DNA of 62,157 nucleotides, counting the filler, from Nemertoderma westbladi (lineage: Eukaryota; Animalia; Xenacoelomorpha), in NCBI GenBank assembly GCA_032718475.1. It is 4 parts of 4 records of this genome, joined end to end, with 100 filler letters (N's around TTAATTAATTAA, not from the genome) between each part and the next. Parts side by side here need not be neighbours in the genome. Positions count along the whole stretch, not along the records: positions 33,239 to 57,257 come from JAUCBJ010003273.1; positions 57,358 to 62,157 come from JAUCBJ010005957.1; 2 more parts are not named here. One strand, 5' to 3'. Position 1 is the stretch's first letter, and the number at the start of each line of letters is the position of its first letter. Below the pieces are notes generated by a model that ran no database searches, was not told where the DNA came from, and saw nothing but the letters and a program-made list of their open reading frames with translations. The translations under genes and the position numbers were made by a program. Positions 54,407-62,157 of this stretch are shown piece after piece.

Positions 54407-56710
54407 AAGCGCTGGTTTATACAGCAGCGTGTTAATAGGTATGAATTTTGTAAATAGTGTTGCCTGGCAACGATATTGGTGTAGGTAGGACGTTGTTCGC
54501 GCTTTTAGACCTTTAGCAGTTTAACCTGCCAAATTTAGGTGTCTTTTAGGTTATAAATCGACTTTAGCCTATCACAAGTATTTGATACACATAGAGTTAC
54601 ATTAGCCGAAGCCAGCCTATGCGCGACCATTCACCCACGGTTAAGGGAGACTGGATTCGGATGCTCTGACCTTATTGCGGTGTAGGCCTACTGTATTATT
54701 CGATTGATCGTTAATATATAATCTCTGACAAATATTATTCACTTTCGGGAAATATTAACAGTTCCTTTAGGACGTGGCGCTCTAAGTATGTAAACAGAGT
54801 TATGACTTACACTAAACACAACGGGATGGCTAATGATTCACGTATAAAGCGCATTCTTTAGGAGATGCTTTGTTATCTATCACACTCATGCACACTACCG
54901 CACACTGCTGCACACTGATCTGCCGACCTTCACTAATTTTAATCATATATAAGGAGAACAGCACCTGACACATGTAGGGTCTATGAAATAGCATTCAATT
55001 CACTCCAAAACCACTATAATGTAAGTCGCAATTGCTATATGTAACCGGTCTCTCTAACCTTCAGTATATCAAGAAGATTGGGGTTTTCTGATTATTTATC
55101 GATATTCTCCAAATATAACAATATTCCATCAACTGATACAATTAATAACCGACAGTAAATAGCAGTAAAAATAATGCGGTGAAAGGTATGTATAATATAA
55201 GATGCTGAGTTAATGCGTGACTTGAGATGATATGGTTTGATAACAGTTATACGTTTCAATGATCAAAGCCGTTCTAATGTTTGGCTAAAGTCTGAAACAC
55301 AGAATAATTCCACAGCCGGTGTTCTGGGCTTAGGAAAAAAGGTAAACAAAGACCATAATGCATTGCGCGATTTCCCGGAGACTTCTGTACAAATAAAATG
55401 AAAATCGCTCTGATTGGTCGAGTGAGTGAGCCTGAACAAAGAAAGCCAAAAGCTACACGTCGACATATCAGCTGATAGATGTCGTCATCTGAACTACACT
55501 GTATTAAGAGTATTTTGGTGCATTGCGGCATAAAATTGCTAGTTATGTCCGCTAAAGTACACATACAGAAGAAATGGCTTTTTATGTCCACTAAAACACC
55601 TGTACAGTAAGGAAACGGCTTTTTATGTCCGCTAAAACACCTACAGAGTACTTTGCGGGGAAAATAACCAGCTAAATCCGCAAAAGCCTTTACAGACGTG
55701 GTGGAGGTGTATAGACTGTATAGTGTATATTTATGCTGATATATACATCTAAAGTTAATATACGGAATTATGCTAACAAACTAAAAAAAAAAAAAATGCT
55801 GTACAGCACAGCATACAGTGCGACCTACTGACCTACACACACGACTCTAAACAGTTTGAATACAGTTTTGTACTGCAGTTTTTAATTGAAGGTAAAATTT
55901 ACTATTAAAATAAACTATTTACCTGGCAAATAGAACATTTTGCAATGTGTCATACACATTATTTCTCTAATAAACTTTATTTTCTTTTATAAATTGCCCT
56001 ATCTTAAACAACGCAGAACAAACACAGACATAATAAAACTGCATTTGCTCATTTTTGGAGAGACAAGAGTTAACTGTTAACATATTATACGCAGTTAACG
56101 TATAGGCCCCTTACTATCGTTGAAAATTATTACGGTTACGCAGTAAAAAATATGATTAAAAATACTGACTTTATACATGGCTTCACCCTGTTGGTGGGGG
56201 ATTCTAGAATTATTAGCTACAACTATACTACAGTAATTACTCTACTACAGTACTACTATGTCGAGCGAGCTCGGACAGTGGGATACAGGGATATGGATGG
56301 CATAAATAATCATCATAATATTAGGCCTACACATTTCCTGCCATGATCCATGCCTATCCGGTCCAAATCAAGGACTACTGAAGTATATAGGCCTATATAC
56401 TAAAGCATAAGTCCAAATACATACATGTAGCATTGTCCCGTGACTGTAGGCCTATGTGTATTAGTGTGGATTAATGTTCAGGTTCAGATCCACGTGTTTC
56501 TCATTAGAAAACATGTTGCCAGGGTGATATGAGTGCGAGAGGCACCTCATAGCTTGTAGCTTGACCTTGGTGATATTTTTAATTCTGTAAATTTGATATT
56601 TATGTTTGAGGAATTTTTTTTATTGATAATATAAACGACGGTCGCGGTAATTTTATATATTTTATTCCCGCCTAAAACGCAAAAATGCGTCACTTAAACT
56701 TGTTATACAG

Positions 56711-56860
56711 TATTATGGTTTTGTTTAGAAATGGAAAAAATGAGAAAGCGCGTCACCGGGGGTTGAACCAGCGCTATACGTACGTTTCGGCCTAACAGGC
56801 CTCATCAGCGATTTGTGACGCGCTTTCTCATTTTTTCCATTTCTGAACAAAATCATAATA
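56711..56860 (-). ncRNA. Degenerate minimal (Penelope/retrozyme-type) hammerhead ribozyme inside a 46-bp inverted repeat
   Basis: Minus strand: CTGATGA-GGCC-tgtta-GGCC-GAAAC-gtac-GTA-tagcg, i.e. conserved core, stem II, short stem III with a palindromic loop, and a GUA site. Stem I is imperfect. Arms 56711-56756 and 56815-56860 have 2 mismatches. Confidence 0.65.
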
Positions 56861-57257
56861 TTACACCTTTAAATACAGTTGCATTAACAGCTCAACTCCA
56901 ATTCACTTAAACTTACGAGTCACTACGACAAACTTTACATAGTCACTTTACATATTCTCTGCCGGATTAAGTTTATTAGTTACTGAAACAATTTATTATT
57001 CCATAAATTTAAAGGTTTTTGTCTAGATTTTTGTCACTAAAATATATTTGTTCCTCCAATAATAACTCTATATATTCGATTTAAATAAAGTAGCACTGCA
57101 TTTCACGCCAGCTAGATAATGTGATAATTGTTTCCTTGGTACAATGCGTACCGTACAGTATAACTGAACGTGTACATTATTCTGTAATTTTAATTTGTTG
57201 AGCGTTTTTTTTTTAACTAAACGTTATTGAACTAAACTAAACTGTACAGTATACTAC

Positions 57258-57357
57258 NNNNNNNNNNNNNNNNNNNNNNNNNNNNNNNNNNNNNNNNNNN
57301 NTTAATTAATTAANNNNNNNNNNNNNNNNNNNNNNNNNNNNNNNNNNNNNNNNNNNN
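57258..57357. other. Artificial contig-joining linker
   Basis: N44-TTAATTAATTAA-N44. Confidence 0.97.
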
Positions 57358-59205
57358 GTTTGAGTCGGGACTCTTTCTGCGCCTTATGAAGGTCATTTCG
57401 GCACTTCTGAATTTTGTTGTCAGTTCAGGGGGCCCTTTTCCTGTTTCGAGGGTATACAGGAACTGTTTCTGCAGCTGCTAACTTAACTGCTTCTGTAAAG
57501 GCAGTATAGCCCTCACAGTGATCTGCCACCTCAGAGGCAAGAGCCTCATACCTGTTGCTCAGCTGTAGTGTGAAGCTGGATCTCACACTTGGCTGTTGCA
57601 ACAGAGAGGACCAGTCATGCCGCGGCAAGGCAGATTTCGTTGTTCTGCTAGCACGCAGACTAAGTCTTACCTTGGCCACAATAAGGCAGTGATCACTGGA
57701 GAATGGTCGAACTGTAAATGCATTAAAGCCTTGTATAGAGCTCCTGTATTTCCTACGAAACAGAATATGGTCTATCTGGGACTTGTGACCACTGGGTCCA
57801 CTATGAGTCCATAGCTTTCCAGTTCGCTTCTTGAACTGGGTTCCAGCCGAAAACAATCCATTTCCAGAGATAAAATCCTGAAGATGGACAGAATTTCGGT
57901 TAACACTATTGCTATAGAGCCAGGGCGATGTAGGTAATTGATGCAGACTTGCATTAAAGTCTCCCAGGAATGTTAAGAATGCATGCTGATCCACTCCATC
58001 AGTTGCTGCTTGTGGATTGTGGTAGAAATTTTCCACCTCCTCTACAGGGGCAACACTAGTTTGAGAGTAGCACACAATCAGAACCACCTTAGGAAACTTC
58101 TTAGCCAGTCTTCCAGAACATGAGATGTGGCAACGGATGATGCGGTTAGAGATTTGGTCTATTTTGTCCAATGCTGCATGTGCAGTTGGATTCATCAATA
58201 GACCAATTCCACCATTGCCACTATCATCTGCTGACACGAGGGCGAGTCGCCAACCACCCCCCATGTCCTTAATCAGAACCTCATCAGTCTGTCCAGTCTG
58301 CATTCGGTGCTCTTGAACACCGAGAGAAAGCTTATCTGCCAAGGCAGTCAGCTCACCTTGTCGCATTGGGGACCTGAGTGTTAGGGTGTTTACTGAGGCT
58401 AGTCTAGTAGTGACTTGCCTCAGATTCACCAATGGCTTTGTTGGTCGGGGTGGAACATGAGAGTAGCCTCCAACTCCAGAATCCCTCTCCCTATCACAAT
58501 CTGGCCTCCCTGGTGACCCAGGGTTTGGGCCAGAAAGGTCATCAGGAAAGGGACTCAAAGAATTGTTGGCTGCTCTCTCTCCAGTAGGGGGTGAGACAGG
58601 CAGCCGGTCAGGAGTTAACTGACGCCTGTGAGGCCGATTGTGTCCGGTAATTCCACTGGCCTCTAGTGGCCGGACCTCCGCATTGCTAATGTAATCCATA
58701 GTGGGGGTTGGGGGGTGCTTTTTTGCCGAGTCAGCTCTCGGGGCAAATACCTCACCCTGGTTTGCCATTCCACAGGGTGGGTGTCGCAATGGAGTCAGAT
58801 ATGAGGCCCATCACCCATATCTATCTACTCTGTTGTACATGACCCACCATTGGCTGTTGCAGCTCATCTGCTGGGTCATGCCCTGTACCCTTGCTGCCAG
58901 GTGCGGGTCGCAGTGAAGTGCTCTCAGAGTGGACATGAGAACACTCTACTCCAAACCAGCCATTGGTAGATCACCATCTGCCTGGTCAGGCCATATACCC
59001 CTGCAGCCAAGTATATGGGTCCTTAATCCAGGACCAAGGGCGTCCTTATCCCAGAAGGAAGGGGGTCCTAGTTACAGGACCACATTTGCCCTAGTAAGAG
59101 GGTCTATGCAGCTACAGGTGGCACCTCCTTTATGCTGCATGGAGGTGGCAAGTTTTCTTGATCAATGACCTAGAATACCGGACCTGTATGACCTGACCTG
59201 ACAAT
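57358..59205 (-). mobile_element. RTE-clade LINE, 5' part (5' UTR and APE endonuclease), cut by the contig end
   Basis: ORF 57425-58789: LGVQEHR, GGIGLL, ISNRII, VENFY, LGDFNA, TQFKKR..KLWTH, SQIDHIL, SDH.L. Confidence 0.88.
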
Positions 59206-59348
59206 AATATTAGCTGCTTTCATTCAATCCTGCGTCGACGTTCGATCAGAAATCTCCTGGAACTAAAAAAATTACACTTTATTAAATATTGCTTAATAAA
59301 TTAATTGTAGGATAATTGTAGTAATTAATTGTCCCGGAATTACACCGG

Positions 59349-60008
59349 ATGAGCATAAGCTCAAAAGATGGTATGCTTGAGCATGTGGACAACTTCTGTT
59401 ACCTGGGATCATGGATCCAGAAGTCAGCTGAGGACCTTCGAATACGTAAGGGAAAGGCATGGGCAGCCTTGAATAGGCTTTCCATGATTTGGAAGTCACC
59501 GAGAATTAATCGGAAACTTAAGGTCCGATTATTTAGAGCAGCAGTAGTTCCAGTACTCCTCTATGGGAGTCCATGATGGGCTCTAACTGCTGAGGACACC
59601 AAATCTCTGGATGGCACATTCACAAGAATGCTACGCCAGGTTCATTGTGTCAAGTACAATGCACACATCTCCAACCAGACACTATATAACATTGGAGGTG
59701 TCTCATTGGTTCCCCCAAGCTTGACACTAGAACAAAATCGCCTCCGCTTTGCAGGACATTGCTTTCGCCGTGAGGAACAGCCAGTGCATAATCTTGTACT
59801 TTGGCAGCCTCATGCAGTGAGTAAGCATGGTGGACAGCCCATGACTTTCTTGAGACGCATCTTAAAGGACACTGGCCTTAAAGATGCGGATGATCTAGCA
59901 AATGTCATGGGTGATAGGGAGTTGTGGCGGTGCAATTTTGTTGACAAGCCGGCACAGCATTCTTAAAAATGCAGCTGCAATGCAGCATGCCGATCCTAGT
60001 AGTAGTGT
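59349..60008 (+). mobile_element. 5'-truncated RTE LINE (RT C-terminus, (TAG)n tail)
   Basis: VDNFCYLGSWI, GKAWAA..L..IWKS, LKVRLFRA.V..VLLYG, RLRFAGHC, DTGL...M.DR..WR; ends ctagtagtagt. Confidence 0.88.
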
Positions 60009-60009
60009 G

Positions 60010-62157
60010 TTGAAAATTCGCGTCTATTCATTCCTCGTTATTCAATAAGGATTATAAGTCGGACTTCACAGAGATTGAATCCAATATTCTAGAATCGCTT
60101 GGAGGCGTAAACATTGAAAGTGAGAGAGTAACTCGCAGCATGGTTCGGGCAGCCTTAGACAAGAAAGATAATAAGACCACAAACAAACATAACCCCAACA
60201 TACCCAGTAGGCCGAGTCTAGATAACCAAAACACTAAATCAGTAGATATAAACCTACGCACCATACGTGAAGGACTATACAGGGAACGCTATAATCCAGG
60301 ATTCGAATGTCAATTACATCGGGACGGAACCCATAAGACCATGAGTTGTAAGCACTGGCAAGCATTGCCCAAACAAGATCGTATAGCCTACACAGACGCA
60401 AACGGACTATGTCATTGATGTGTGGTAGAAGGACACAGATCCGGAGAGTGTAGAGAAACAGCAATCAGAGACGATGAGACTGGAGGCCAAACAATGGCTA
60501 CAAGCATGACAGTCACAAGAAGGAAGAGAAAAGTACTACTCGGGGTAGTACCAGTGAAGATATCAGGAGAGGGCGGTCGATCAGTCACAACACTAATGCT
60601 GGTCGACAGTGGAGCAGCCTTCACGCTGGTGGAAAATTGGGTGGCCGAAGAGATAGGGCTAAAGACGAGGCCGAATAGGATGGCGGTAACTACCGTCTCA
60701 AGTAAGGATGAGGTCCTGGAGATGAGGATGGGGCGGTGCAAGATAGCAGCGATAGCACCGGGATGCAATTATGGGGCGACGATCAACCCCATCCAGGTGA
60801 TAGAATCGATAAATATCAACGCCAGACGACCAACCAACATCGAGGTCGAATAATATAGATTCCTGGACAGTATCGATTTCTCAAGGAAGGAAGGAAGGAA
60901 GGTATCCATTATAGTAGGAATGGACTGCCCGACGGCCCACGAGAGAATGTGGACGGTCTTCGGCGAAGACAGACAGCGGGATCCGACGGCGATCCTTACG
61001 CCGTTCGGATGGACGCTTAGCGGCCCAGTTAAAACCAAGATTCCATCCAGAGTGACGGAGACATCAGGGTGCATGTTACCAGGCACCATAGACGCAGAGG
61101 ACGAAGAGAAGAAACCGGAGATGGTAGATGATCCAGATGGGGAAGTAACAGTAGGAGAGTGGGCGGAGGAGAATGGATTTGATGCGGAAGACTTAGAGGC
61201 AATGGGATGGAACAAGGGTCCCAGCAAGTATCGGTATGGGGATAGAGAGGAGCGGACGGCGAGATGTCCGGAGGACAACCCAGAGGAGCAGACGGCGAGA
61301 TGTCCGGAGGAGTGTCCGGAGGAGTGTCGGAAGGAGTGTCCGGAGGAGTGTCCAGAGGAGTGCCCGGAAGAGACGCCAGTACGGATGAGAGGCATACCGA
61401 TAAGGGAGAGGTCGAGTAAGAAGACAGGATGGAAAGGGATATGATTACTATTGTACCTTCTGTTTTGTCTGTTCTTTCACTTGCTTTTCATTCTCCCGCT
61501 GGGAGACAACAAGGTGGGAGGTGGCATTTTGATGCCAAGAGACGAGGGAATTAAGAAGGCAGCGGAGAGACCCGACTTTAGGGTTGCAGAAGAGGGAGAA
61601 ACAATTCCTAGAGGATTGGAATTGGCGCAGATATGGTGGCGAAGAATAAGAGGACGTATAGGGGGACATTGGAAGATTGCCTACTGGAAGAAGGGGCACC
61701 TTAGAGTTTAGTCGTCCAATATGTTGGACTGAGGGGGGTGGGAATGAGGGCGAGACGCCCTTCCCACACATAAATAATTAAAAATAAGTAAAAATAATAA
61801 AATAATCAAATAAGTAGAAAAGATAGTAAGAAAGTTGGAAGTTAGTAAGAAAGTAATAGTAAATAGAAAGTCAGAAAGTAGTAGAAGATAGTAAGTAGTA
61901 GTTAGAAGATAGTAAGTAAGGTAGAAGTTAGTTCTGTTAGAAGGCGGCGGGTATAGGGAGTGTGGTATATAGACATACCACGGGAGTAGGAGGGTACGTA
62001 GTACCGGGAGAGTTAGAAGTCGGCGGGTAAGGGGGTGTGGTATATTGACATGCCACGAGTAGCAGAGGGGTTGTGGGCACCGTAAGCGCCACGTAGAAAG
62101 TAGTAGTAGAGTGGTTGTGGGCACCGAAAGCGCCACGTAGATGGAGGTAGTAACAGT
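60010..62157 (+). mobile_element. BEL/Pao deletion derivative (gag zinc knuckles and protease, no RT/RNase H/integrase core, conserved 3' UTR)
   Basis: CQLH...H...C and C..C...GH...C knuckles; LVDSGA protease. About 60710-61085 is homologous to 23155-23540, and 61665-62030 to 26935-27400. Confidence 0.85.

Noticed and set aside
54635-54690. tRNA/SINE-like start (cggttaagggagactgga)
   Set aside because: No cloverleaf and no convincing B-box.

Overview
Repeat-rich metazoan genomic DNA made of four separate contigs (1-15163, 15264-33138, 33239-57257, 57358-62157). They are joined by an artificial 100-nt linker (N44-TTAATTAATTAA-N44), so adjacency across linkers is not biological. Host genes: one spliced filamin exon (5573-5776, missed by the ORF track), an intronless CCDC6 CDS, and an intronless SLC22A15-like transporter broken by a small deletion. 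The rest is mostly mobile DNA: two CRE-clade RLE non-LTR retrotransposons, a CR1/L2-type LINE, RTE fragments, two BEL/Pao copies plus a solo LTR, Mutator/foldback- and Harbinger-type MITEs, and five satellite arrays. Most striking: an intact 1273-aa CRE-like ORF carries an N-terminal Ulp1-type (SUMO-protease family) domain, and its stop codon is followed, one base later, by the decayed 3' third of a histone H3 gene (codons 94-135). This suggests a histone-H3-targeting or H3-capturing retrotransposon. Also notable: a 59-bp satellite born from the coding 3' end of the other CRE element, a degenerate hammerhead ribozyme inside a 46-bp inverted repeat, and mosaic LTRs. All family assignments come from motif recognition by eye; no database searches were run.
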